DNA from: Deltaproteobacteria bacterium
GTDB taxonomy: Bacteria; Desulfobacterota; Desulfobacteria; Desulfobacterales; SURF-15
NCBI GenBank assembly: GCA_019309565.1
Contig: JAFDFZ010000010.1
Coordinates: 28,678-52,677, forward strand
Reading direction: 5' to 3'
DNA: 24,000 bases
How positions within the stretch are numbered: position 1 is the stretch's first letter; each line of letters begins with the position of its first letter. Below the pieces are notes generated by a model. The model saw only the letters and a program-made list of their open reading frames with translations. It had not been told where the DNA came from and did not search any database. The translations under genes were made by a program, and so were the position numbers. Of this stretch, positions 1-7,523 are shown in pieces.

Positions 1-2
1 GA

Positions 3-1301
3 CTCATAGAGGATGGGGCAACGATTCAGATCGGCCTGGGCACCACTTCCCAGGCGGTTTTGCTTGCGCTTAAAGACAAGAACGACCTGGGGATACACAC
101 GCAGTTTCTTACGGATGACATTATGCACCTTGTTGCTCGCGGAGTTGTAACCAATCGCAAGAAGGGCTTCAACGAGGGAAAGCTGGTGGCCAGCAGTGCC
201 ATGGGAACACAGTCGCTCTATGAATTTGTGGATGACAATCCCGGCATTGAATTCCATCCCTCCGATTATGTAAACGATCCTGGAATCATCTCACGGCATA
301 ACAAGATGGTTTCCATCAATGTGGCCATGACCATAGATCTAACCGGACAGGTAGCTGCAGATGCACTGCCGTTCAATTATTTTTCCGGGGTAACCGGTAT
401 GCTCGACTTCGTTCGTGGAGCTTCTCAGGCCAAATCCGGAAAATCCATCCTGTTGATGACCTCCACCTCCCAGCACGGCAGGTTAAGCCGTATCGTACCG
501 ATGCTGTCGGATACGGCCGTTGTGGTTCCCCGGGGTGATGTACACTATGTGGTAACAGAGTACGGTGCAGTTAACCTGTTCGGCAAAAGCTTGCAGGAGC
601 GCGCTCTGGGGATGATCAGCATTGCTCATCCGAAATTCCGAGAGGAATTGTTCTTCGAAGCAAAGAAAATGGGGCTTTTCAGCCCGGAGAGAACCTTAAA
701 AGATTCCATCCGGGGCGTCTATCCCGTAAAGTACGAAGAAACCTATACCATAAATAACCAGCAGGTTACCATCCGACCCGCCAAACCAGTGGATGAACGC
801 CGGATCCAGGAACATTTCTATACCCTTGATAAGAATGATGTGATATCACGGTTTTTCCATGAAAAATCATCCTTTTTCCGTGAAGAAGTGGAAGGAATCA
901 CCCAGATCGATTATATAAAAAACCTAACCATTGTGGCTGTGGTGGGTGAATTCGGTTTTGGAAAAGTGGTTGCCATTGGGGAGTATCTTCTTGATCCGGA
1001 CAAAAACATGGCTGAAATTGCTTTTTCGGTCAGCAAAGACTGGCAGCGCAAGGGCCTGGGCAAAATTATTATTCATAAACTGGCCGAAGCCGCAAAGGAA
1101 AACCACATCGACGGATTCTATGCGTATACAATTCCTCAAAATCAAGCTATGATCAAATTATTCAAATCCCTGCCCTGCACGGTTCAAACCACGGTTAATG
1201 ATGACGTGCTCGTGCTAAGCTGCCGGCTTAACCAGCTCCTCTCACCATTGCAGGATAAAGGGAAGGCCAAGAGCGAAAAGAATTTCGGAGGTTCATCATA
1301 A
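3..1301 (+). CDS. Acetyl-CoA hydrolase/transferase-family domain fused to a C-terminal Pat-type GNAT acetyltransferase domain (5' end lies upstream of the window)
   Basis: Frame 3 is open from base 3 (LIEDGATIQIGLGTTSQAV...), so the TTG at 60 in the ORF track is an artefact rather than the start. The sequence resembles a CoA-transferase C-terminal domain (DLTGQVAADA, SGVTGMLDFVRGA, HYVVTEYGAVNLFGKS, AHPKFREELF). From about nt 770 there is a GNAT domain with TQIDY...AEIAFSVSKDWQRKGLGK (motif A, Q/R-x-x-G-x-G). Stop is TAA at 1299-1301. Confidence 0.85.
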   Translation, partial: LIEDGATIQIGLGTTSQAVLLALKDKNDLGIHTQFLTDDIMHLVARGVVTNRKKGFNEGKLVASSAMGTQSLYEFVDDNPGIEFHPSDYVNDPGIISRHNKMVSINVAMTIDLTGQVAADALPFNYFSGVTGMLDFVRGASQAKSGKSILLMTSTSQHGRLSRIVPMLSDTAVVVPRGDVHYVVTEYGAVNLFGKSLQERALGMISIAHPKFREELFFEAKKMGLFSPERTLKDSIRGVYPVKYEETYTINNQQVTIRPAKPVDERRIQEHFYTLDKNDVISRFFHEKSSFFREEVEGITQIDYIKNLTIVAVVGEFGFGKVVAIGEYLLDPDKNMAEIAFSVSKDWQRKGLGKIIIHKLAEAAKENHIDGFYAYTIPQNQAMIKLFKSLPCTVQTTVNDDVLVLSCRLNQLLSPLQDKGKAKSEKNFGGSS

Positions 1302-1304
1302 GTT

Positions 1305-3248
1305 ATGCATCAGGTCTTGTTTCTACCCCATAATAAAAAAATTGCCGTCTCCGATGGGGAAAGCCTTATTCGAGCTGCTATGGAAGCCGGAGTTCACATC
1401 AATGCCTCCTGTGGCGGGGAGGGCGTGTGTGGTAAATGCAGGGTCATTATAGAACAAGGAACGGTGAGGGGAGGAATTAGCGAAAAGTTAAGCAGGCAGG
1501 ATCGGCAAAAAGGATTTCGTCTAGCTTGTTTGGCACGCGTTGTAAGCGATCTTGAGGTGCGGATCCCCGTGGAGTCTTCCATAGATTCAAAGGTGCTGAA
1601 TCTTCAGGCCACCCCCAGGAAAATGGCCCGTATTCGACAAATAAACCTTGATGAACTCAAGGAAAAGGGACTTTTCGTACCCCCGGTGGAAAAGCGATAT
1701 CTGGAGCTGCCCGAACCAACGGTACAGGACAATCTGCCGGATGTCACCCGTCTGGTGAGTTATTTAAAATTGAAGCACGATGAGCATAGGCTTGAGGTCG
1801 ATCTGTCGGTGATTCGAAAAATCCCCTCGGTTATGCGGGAAAAAGACTTTAAGGTCACAGCCACCCTTGCCCGCCCTGTTCGAGATAGCGGCAAAACCCG
1901 CATCATCAATATACAGCCCGGCGATACAACCGACAGGAACTATGCCATCGCGATGGACATAGGTACGACCACCATTTACGGACAGGTCATCGATTTAAAA
2001 ACCGGCTCGATATTAAGTCAGTACGGGGATTTTAATGGGCAGATAAGTTATGGAGAAGATGTTATCAGCCGGATTGTTTTTGCTGAAAAACCCGGAGGGC
2101 TAGACAGGTTACATGAGGTGGTAATAGAGACTATCAACAAGATCCTTAAGCGAATTATCAAAAAGGCCGGGGTAGATCCGGATGAAATCTCAACCATAAC
2201 ACTTGCGGGAAACACCACAATGACCCAGTTGATGCTGAAGATAGATCCCCGCTATATTCGGCGCTCTCCTTATGTACCGGCAGCCACGCTCTACCCGCCT
2301 TTCCGGGCGGCAGATCTGGGGATGGAATTGGGCGATCATGTCACGGCCCTTATTTACCCTGCCGTATCCAGCTATGTGGGGGGCGATATTGTGGCTGGTG
2401 TGATGGGCTCCGGCATGTACCGCACAGAGGAGTTGACGCTTTATATGGATATCGGAACCAATGCGGAAATCGTGATCGGAAACAGGGACTGGCTGGCGTG
2501 TGCAGCCTGTTCGGCCGGTCCTGCATTTGAAGGGGGCGGAATAAAACTGGGCATGCGTGCAACGGAAGGGGCAATCGAGGATTTTTCCATCGATCCGCTT
2601 ACCCTTGAGCCCATGAACATCACCATCGGCAATGTTCGACCGAAGGGTATTTGCGGCTCGGGCCTGATTACCGCTGTTGCCACTATGTTTGAAATGGGTA
2701 TTATAGATAATCGCGGCAAGTTCAACCGCAGTTTGGACACCAAGCGGATCAGAGAGGTGGATGGCATATGCGAATACGTGCTGGCCTGGGCGGAGGAAAC
2801 CCAGATCGACAGAGATGTCGTGCTCACTGAGCCGGATATTGAAAACCTCATTCGAGCAAAAGGCGCCATGTACAGTGGCTGTATGACGCTTCTGGAAGAA
2901 GTTGGCCTGAGCGTTCAGAATATAGACAGGATCATCATGGCCGGGGGCTTTGGAAGCTATGTAGATCTGGAAAAGGCTATGACCATCGGACTTCTGCCCG
3001 AGATCAACCCTGAAAAGGTCACCTTTATCGGCAACGGCTCGTTGATGGGAGCCAGAATGAGTTCGTTGACCAATCGTATCCGGAAAGATGTGGTGGAAGT
3101 TACCAAGAAAATGACCAATTTCGAACTCTCGGAAACACCATCCTATATGGATCATTATGTGGCAGCCCTATTCTTGCCTCATACAGACATGGACCAGTTT
3201 CCTAAGCTGAAGGCACGACTCAAGGAACGAAAAGAAATGAAAAACTAA
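1305..3248 (+). CDS. acsV: Reductive activator of the corrinoid iron-sulfur protein (RACo / AcsV-type): N-terminal [2Fe-2S] ferredoxin domain plus ASKHA ATPase domain
   Basis: ATG lies 3 nt after the upstream stop, with GGAGG at 1286-1290. N-terminal Cys cluster is SCGGEGVCGKCRV...LACLA. ASKHA phosphate-binding motifs are AMDIGTTTIYG, LYMDIGTNAEIVIG and MAGGFGSY. It sits directly beside the CFeSP genes. Confidence 0.85.
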   Translation: MHQVLFLPHNKKIAVSDGESLIRAAMEAGVHINASCGGEGVCGKCRVIIEQGTVRGGISEKLSRQDRQKGFRLACLARVVSDLEVRIPVESSIDSKVLNLQATPRKMARIRQINLDELKEKGLFVPPVEKRYLELPEPTVQDNLPDVTRLVSYLKLKHDEHRLEVDLSVIRKIPSVMREKDFKVTATLARPVRDSGKTRIINIQPGDTTDRNYAIAMDIGTTTIYGQVIDLKTGSILSQYGDFNGQISYGEDVISRIVFAEKPGGLDRLHEVVIETINKILKRIIKKAGVDPDEISTITLAGNTTMTQLMLKIDPRYIRRSPYVPAATLYPPFRAADLGMELGDHVTALIYPAVSSYVGGDIVAGVMGSGMYRTEELTLYMDIGTNAEIVIGNRDWLACAACSAGPAFEGGGIKLGMRATEGAIEDFSIDPLTLEPMNITIGNVRPKGICGSGLITAVATMFEMGIIDNRGKFNRSLDTKRIREVDGICEYVLAWAEETQIDRDVVLTEPDIENLIRAKGAMYSGCMTLLEEVGLSVQNIDRIIMAGGFGSYVDLEKAMTIGLLPEINPEKVTFIGNGSLMGARMSSLTNRIRKDVVEVTKKMTNFELSETPSYMDHYVAALFLPHTDMDQFPKLKARLKERKEMKN

Positions 3249-3295
3249 AATCTACATCCCCGACGAAAAAAATAGGCTTTCTTATTATTGAATTA

Positions 3296-3322
3296 TTGAC
3301 AAATTAAAATGATCAATATAAT
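3296..3322 (+). promoter_or_regulatory. Candidate sigma70-type promoter: perfect TTGACA (3296-3301) and perfect TATAAT (3317-3322), with a short 15-nt spacer
   Basis: Both hexamers read directly from the sequence, within an AT-rich tract (cttattattgaattaTTGACAaattaaaatgatcaaTATAATttt). The 15-nt spacer is suboptimal. Using it would give a ~220-nt leader before acsD. Confidence 0.35.
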
Positions 3323-3427
3323 TTTAATACCTTTGGCAAAAATCAGCTTTATGCCAATGGGCATTGAGTCCATCTGAGGAATCGATAGCGACATCTGTCG
3401 TTGTAGGTGATTTATTAAGGATGGGTC

Positions 3428-3471
3428 GAGGCCTTTGAAAAATGTTCATTTTGCAAAGGTCTCGTTTCTTT
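3428..3471 (+). terminator. Candidate intrinsic terminator or attenuator: 17-bp imperfect hairpin followed by a U-rich tract
   Basis: The arms are GAGGCCTTTGAAAAATG and CATTTTGCAAAGGTCTC. Fifteen of 17 positions are complementary, with one G-U and one A-G. GTTTCTTT follows. It could terminate the upstream acsV unit or attenuate a transcript from the 3296 promoter. Confidence 0.35.
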
Positions 3472-3483
3472 ACACTTTAATTG

Positions 3484-3511
3484 TTGAAATGATTTAATAT
3501 TTTTGTATCTT
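3484..3511 (+). promoter_or_regulatory. Alternative proximal promoter candidate for the acs operon: TTGAAA (3484-3489), 16-nt spacer, TATCTT (3506-3511)
   Basis: Hexamers read from the sequence. It lies just downstream of the hairpin and about 40 nt upstream of the acsD start. The -10 match is weak. Confidence 0.25.
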
Positions 3512-3549
3512 CCTTCACCATTTACAAGATTACGTTTAAGGAGGCTAAA

Positions 3550-5106
3550 TTGGCTTTTGAAGTTTTCAAAGAAACCTATGCCGGCGCAATAAAAGAGATT
3601 ACGCTGGGAAGGGGAGATAAGGCGGTAACCGTCGGGGGAGAAACCTGTTACCCGTTTTATGCATTTGAAGGGAAAATGCCCCACAAGCCTAAAATTGCAA
3701 TGGAACTATGGGACATGGAGCCTGAGGATTGGCCTGAATCCGCGCTGCTTCCCTTTAAGGATGTGGTGTCGGACCCGGCGGCTTGGGCAAAAAAATGCGT
3801 GGAGCAGTACGGTGCGGATATGATTGCCCTGCAATTGAAAAGCACCGATCCTAACTCGAAGGATGCTTCTGCCGAGGCGGCTGCAGCCACTGTTAAGAAG
3901 GTTCTTGAAGCCGTGGAGGTGCCGGTGATCGTCTGGGGTACGGCCAATGTTCAGAAAGACGAAGAGGTCCTGAAGAAGGTTGCTGAATATTGCCAGGGTG
4001 CCAATCTGGCCCTTGGACCCGTTGAAGACAAAAACCACAAGGGAATCGGTGCCAGTGCCATGGGCTTCGGGCATACTGTCATAGCTTCTTCCCCCATTGA
4101 TGTAAACCTAGCCAAACAGATCAATATACTCCTTGAAAACCTCGGGATGCCGATGGATCGCATGATCATCGACCCCACCACCGGAGGGTTGGGTTATGGC
4201 CTTGAATATTCCTATTCGGTCATGGAGCGAATCCGGATGGCGGCTCTTGCCCAGGGTGATGACAAATTACAGCTTCCCATCATCAATAACCTTGCAAATG
4301 AAATTTGGAAATGCAAGGAGGCAAAGGAAAGTGCCGAAGCCGCCCCTACGCTTGGGGATCCGGAAAAGCGCGGTGTTCTTATGGAAACAGTCGGAGCGGT
4401 AAGCTATTTGATGGCCGGATCGGACATTCTTATCATGAGACATCCGGAATCGGTAAGACTGGTTCGAGCGTTTATAGATCTGGCCTGTGACGGCGGGATG
4501 GCATTGGATGTTGCACCCGTAGAAAAAAGGCTTAAACCTGTGGTTGTGGATTTAGAAGCGCTGTCACCGCAACCGGATCTTTCCATAGAAGAGGAGAAGC
4601 CAAAGAAAGCACCGCCGGCAAAGAAGGCCGTACCGAAACCGCAGCCTGCAAAGCCGGCGGTTGAGAAGAAAAAGGCCCCTGAACCTGAACCGAAAGTCGC
4701 GGCTGTGAAAGCCGCCGAGAAAGAAAAACCGGCTGTTGAAAAAGCCGAGGCGGCTGCAGCCAAAGCAGAGGCAGAGGCAGAGGCGAAAGCCAGGGCAGAG
4801 GCAGAGGCAGAAGCGAAAGCAAAGGCTGAAGAAGAAGCTAAAATCAAAGCCGAAGAGGAGGCGCGAAGAAAGGCAGAGGAAGAGCTGCGCGCTGCGGCCG
4901 AAGCTCAAGCAAAAGCAGAAGCAGAAGCCAGGGCAAAGAGGGAGGCGGAAGAAGCGGCTATACGCGAAAAACGCAGGAAGGAACGCGAGGAGCTTGCCAG
5001 AAAGCGAAAAGCGATAGCAGAGCCGAAACCACAGGCGGCAGTAAGCAAAGACCCGCTTGAGAGGATGTTGGCGCGGTTAAATCGCATACATCGGCGAGCT
5101 GCATAA
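3550..5106 (+). CDS. acsD: Corrinoid iron-sulfur protein small (delta) subunit AcsD/CdhD with a ~200-aa low-complexity C-terminal extension
   Basis: TTG start sits 5 nt after AAGGAGG. The core has AcsD-like blocks throughout (VTVGGE, WAKKCVEQYGADMIALQL, VPVIVWG, IDPTTGGLGYGLEYSYSVMERIR, ILIMRHPESV). From about codon 321 the sequence turns P/A/K-rich, then E/A/K/R-rich. Confidence 0.9.
   Translation: MAFEVFKETYAGAIKEITLGRGDKAVTVGGETCYPFYAFEGKMPHKPKIAMELWDMEPEDWPESALLPFKDVVSDPAAWAKKCVEQYGADMIALQLKSTDPNSKDASAEAAAATVKKVLEAVEVPVIVWGTANVQKDEEVLKKVAEYCQGANLALGPVEDKNHKGIGASAMGFGHTVIASSPIDVNLAKQINILLENLGMPMDRMIIDPTTGGLGYGLEYSYSVMERIRMAALAQGDDKLQLPIINNLANEIWKCKEAKESAEAAPTLGDPEKRGVLMETVGAVSYLMAGSDILIMRHPESVRLVRAFIDLACDGGMALDVAPVEKRLKPVVVDLEALSPQPDLSIEEEKPKKAPPAKKAVPKPQPAKPAVEKKKAPEPEPKVAAVKAAEKEKPAVEKAEAAAAKAEAEAEAKARAEAEAEAKAKAEEEAKIKAEEEARRKAEEELRAAAEAQAKAEAEARAKREAEEAAIREKRRKEREELARKRKAIAEPKPQAAVSKDPLERMLARLNRIHRRAA
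4510..5103 (+). other. AcsD C-terminal extension: P/A/K-rich linker, an ER/K-type charged helix, then a short basic amphipathic tail
   Basis: EEEKPKKAPPAKKAVPKPQPAKPAVEKKKAPEPEPK..., then AEAEAEAKARAEAEAEAKAKAEEEAKIKAEEEARRKAEEELR...REKRRKEREELARKRKA, ending DPLERMLARLNRIHRRAA. Confidence 0.8.
4765..4824 (+). repeat. Two tandem copies of a 30-nt unit inside acsD (GCAGAGGCAGAGGCAGARGCGAAAGCMARG), encoding AEAEAEAKAR and AEAEAEAKAK
   Basis: Copies at 4765-4794 and 4795-4824 differ at 3 positions. A further degenerate GCAGAAGCAGAAGCCAGGGCAAAG lies near 4915-4938. Confidence 0.8.
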
Positions 5107-5231
5107 GAAAAACTGAAAACTAGAAAAAGCGAATCACAAACAGAACCAACTGTTTTCGTATTCGAAACAGGTTAATCGATATCCTCATATCGGGCTTCAA
5201 GTAAAGCAGCCTAAAAAAGGAGAAAGGAACA

Positions 5232-7448
5232 ATGTCAAAACTTGTTGGATTTGCCGCCATTCAGGGTGGTTACAATATCGTCTCAAAGGTCGAGGGACTC
5301 TATAGACGTGCGCTGGAAACATACGATGCCAGCACTAAAGTCGGATTTCCTAATACCGCTTACTACTTGCCGGTTATTTATTCCCTGCTGGGAATAAAGG
5401 TGGAAACCTTAGAAGATATGAAAAAGCCCCTGGAGTTCGCCCGGGGGTTGCTGCCGCCCCACATCAAGGGAGTAAATCACCTGCCCTACCTGGGACCGCT
5501 GCTGGATGCAGGTATGGCCGCTCTCTTTGCCTTTGAAATCCGGGAAGCACTGCGGTATCTGGAAGAGCCGGATTTTTACCTGCACTCCGAGGAACCGGAT
5601 CTCGAGGCAGGAAAAATTTGGCTTGGAGCTGCCGACGACACGGTTTTCCGAAAACGCGGGGTGGAATTTGTGGACGGCACAGCACCGGGATTCGCTGCTG
5701 TGGTCGGAGCTGCACCGGATACCGAAACCGCAAAGCTGATTGTCGAGGAGTATCAGAAGCGCAGTCTGTATATTTTTCTTGCTGCCGGTCATAACGGTAC
5801 CGACGTGACCCACCAGTTACTTGAAGCAGGGGTTCAAATAGGATGGAATACCCGAATCGTTCCATTTGGTCCGGATATATCCTCGGCCATATTTGCCCTC
5901 GGATTTGCAAACAGAGCGGCGATGGCCTTCGGGGGGATTCAACCGGGGGATTACAAGCGCATCCTGCTGTATAACAAAAACCGAATCTATGCATTTGTGA
6001 ATGCACTTGGAGAAGTTGGGACAGAATGGGCTGCTGCTGCTGCAGGCGCCATAAACTGGGGATTTCCCACGCTGGCGGATACGGATATCCCGGAAGTTTT
6101 ACCAACCGGTATCTGTACCTATGAGCATGTGGTGGCCAACGTTCCCCATTCGGAACTGGTTCAAAGATCCGTTGAGGTAAGAGGGCTGAAGGTTACGGTT
6201 TCATCCATTGATATTCCATGTTCTTTTGGCCCGGCATATGAAGGTGAACGGGTACGGGGCACTGATCTTTTCGCCCAAACCGGTGGAGGAAAGGCCCAGT
6301 GCACCGAGCTTGTTAAAATGGCTGAAATGAACGAGATCGAAGACGGAAAAATCGAGGTGATCGGCCCTGATATAGATAAACTTAAAGAAGGCGACAGCTT
6401 TCCTCTTGGTATTTATGTGCAAGTTGCCGGCCGAGAATTCCAGACCGACTTTGAACCCATCATAGAACGTCAGATTCATCATCTCATCAACTACATTCAA
6501 GGGGTCATGCATATCGGCCAGCGGGATATTTCATGGATTCGGATCAGCAAGGCGGCCGTGGAGAAAGGCTTCAGGCTGAAGGATATCGGGGTGGTGCTTC
6601 ATGCCAAGTTCCATCAGGACTTTCAGAAGATCATCGATAAGGTGCAGGTAACGCTCTATACCAAGAAGGCGGATGTGGACAAGCTGACCAAACGGGCTCG
6701 AGCGGAATACAGAACTCGAGATGAGCGGGTTGAGAAGATGAGGGATGAAGATGTGGAGATCTATTATTCATGTACGCTGTGCCAGTCATTTGCTCCAAGC
6801 CACGTATGTACCGTAAGTCCTGAAAGAACAGGGCTTTGTGGCGCCTATAACTGGATGGATTGCAAGGCTTCCTATGAGATCAACCCCACAGGACCCAATC
6901 AGCCCATTGTCAAAGGTGAATGCCTGGATCCGATCCTGGGACAATGGAAAGGAGTAAATGAATTTGTCACGAAAGCTTCAAGAGGCAACGTCACTCATTA
7001 CAATTTCTACTCGGTGGTAAAAGATCCTATGACCACCTGCGGGTGCTGTGAATGTATCGCAGCGGTGCTGCCTTCCTGCAACGGGGTTATGACGGTCAAT
7101 CGGGAATATATCGGAGATACGCCGTGCGGTATGAAATTCACAACCCTTGCAGGCGTTATGGGCGGAGGGCAATCGTCCCCCGGATTTGTGGGACATTCCA
7201 AATTCAACATCACCCAGCGCAAATTTATCAAAGGAGACGGTGGACTGTTGCGAATGGTCTGGATGCCAAAGATGCTCAAAGAGGAGATCAAAGATCGTCT
7301 TGTCAAACGGACTGAGGAACTCGGCCATCCCGATTTCTATGATATGATTGCCGATGAAACCGTCGGCACCACCGAAGAGGAGATTTTACCCTTTCTTCAA
7401 AAAGTCGGGCATCCTGCACTTTCTATGGATCCGATCATCTCAGAATAG
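5232..7448 (+). CDS. acsB: Acetyl-CoA synthase (A-cluster subunit of CODH/ACS), full-length bacterial type
   Basis: GGAG lies 9 nt upstream of the ATG. A-cluster ligands are C514-x2-C517-x8-C526-x9-C536 (CTLCQSFAPSHVCTVSPERTGLC) and C603-G604-C605 (TTCGCCEC). As I recall, this is the Moorella 506/509/518/528 and 595-597 spacing with a constant +8 offset. Confidence 0.95.
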   Translation: MSKLVGFAAIQGGYNIVSKVEGLYRRALETYDASTKVGFPNTAYYLPVIYSLLGIKVETLEDMKKPLEFARGLLPPHIKGVNHLPYLGPLLDAGMAALFAFEIREALRYLEEPDFYLHSEEPDLEAGKIWLGAADDTVFRKRGVEFVDGTAPGFAAVVGAAPDTETAKLIVEEYQKRSLYIFLAAGHNGTDVTHQLLEAGVQIGWNTRIVPFGPDISSAIFALGFANRAAMAFGGIQPGDYKRILLYNKNRIYAFVNALGEVGTEWAAAAAGAINWGFPTLADTDIPEVLPTGICTYEHVVANVPHSELVQRSVEVRGLKVTVSSIDIPCSFGPAYEGERVRGTDLFAQTGGGKAQCTELVKMAEMNEIEDGKIEVIGPDIDKLKEGDSFPLGIYVQVAGREFQTDFEPIIERQIHHLINYIQGVMHIGQRDISWIRISKAAVEKGFRLKDIGVVLHAKFHQDFQKIIDKVQVTLYTKKADVDKLTKRARAEYRTRDERVEKMRDEDVEIYYSCTLCQSFAPSHVCTVSPERTGLCGAYNWMDCKASYEINPTGPNQPIVKGECLDPILGQWKGVNEFVTKASRGNVTHYNFYSVVKDPMTTCGCCECIAAVLPSCNGVMTVNREYIGDTPCGMKFTTLAGVMGGGQSSPGFVGHSKFNITQRKFIKGDGGLLRMVWMPKMLKEEIKDRLVKRTEELGHPDFYDMIADETVGTTEEEILPFLQKVGHPALSMDPIISE

Positions 7449-7523
7449 TCCCGGTAAAGGAGTCGATAATAACGTTACGAAACTCGGTACTGGTATTGTA
7501 AAAAATCAGATAAGGAGATAAAA

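Noticed and set aside
60-62. TTG at 60, given as the start of the first ORF in the track
   Set aside because: The frame is open back to base 3 with CoA-transferase-like sequence. The gene is truncated by the window edge.
2190-3155. 321-aa minus-strand ORF, plus similar long antisense ORFs at 5464-6105, 15356-15868, 21408-21857 and 22154-22627
   Set aside because: Each lies entirely antisense to a CDS that has strong family motifs. The translations are R/G/H/P-rich with no recognisable domains and no SD sequences. They are typical shadow ORFs.
3334-3348. TGGCA...GC resembling a sigma54 -24/-12 element
   Set aside because: The GG-to-GC spacing is 9 nt instead of the required 10, and the -12 region is GCTT rather than TTGC.
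3323-3549. Possible cobalamin, THF or Ni/Co riboswitch in the acs leader
   Set aside because: I could find no B12-box-like GCCACTG core or any other signature I recognise. This cannot be excluded without a covariance-model scan (Rfam/Infernal).
3415-3684. 89-aa minus-strand ORF spanning the acs leader and the acsD 5' end
   Set aside because: It overlaps the well-supported acsD start by 135 nt. It has no SD and no domain-like sequence.
4404-4908. Three overlapping minus-strand ORFs and two plus-strand alternative-frame ORFs across the acsD repeat region
   Set aside because: They are artefacts of the GCA/GAG/GCG low-complexity repeats, which lack stops in several frames.
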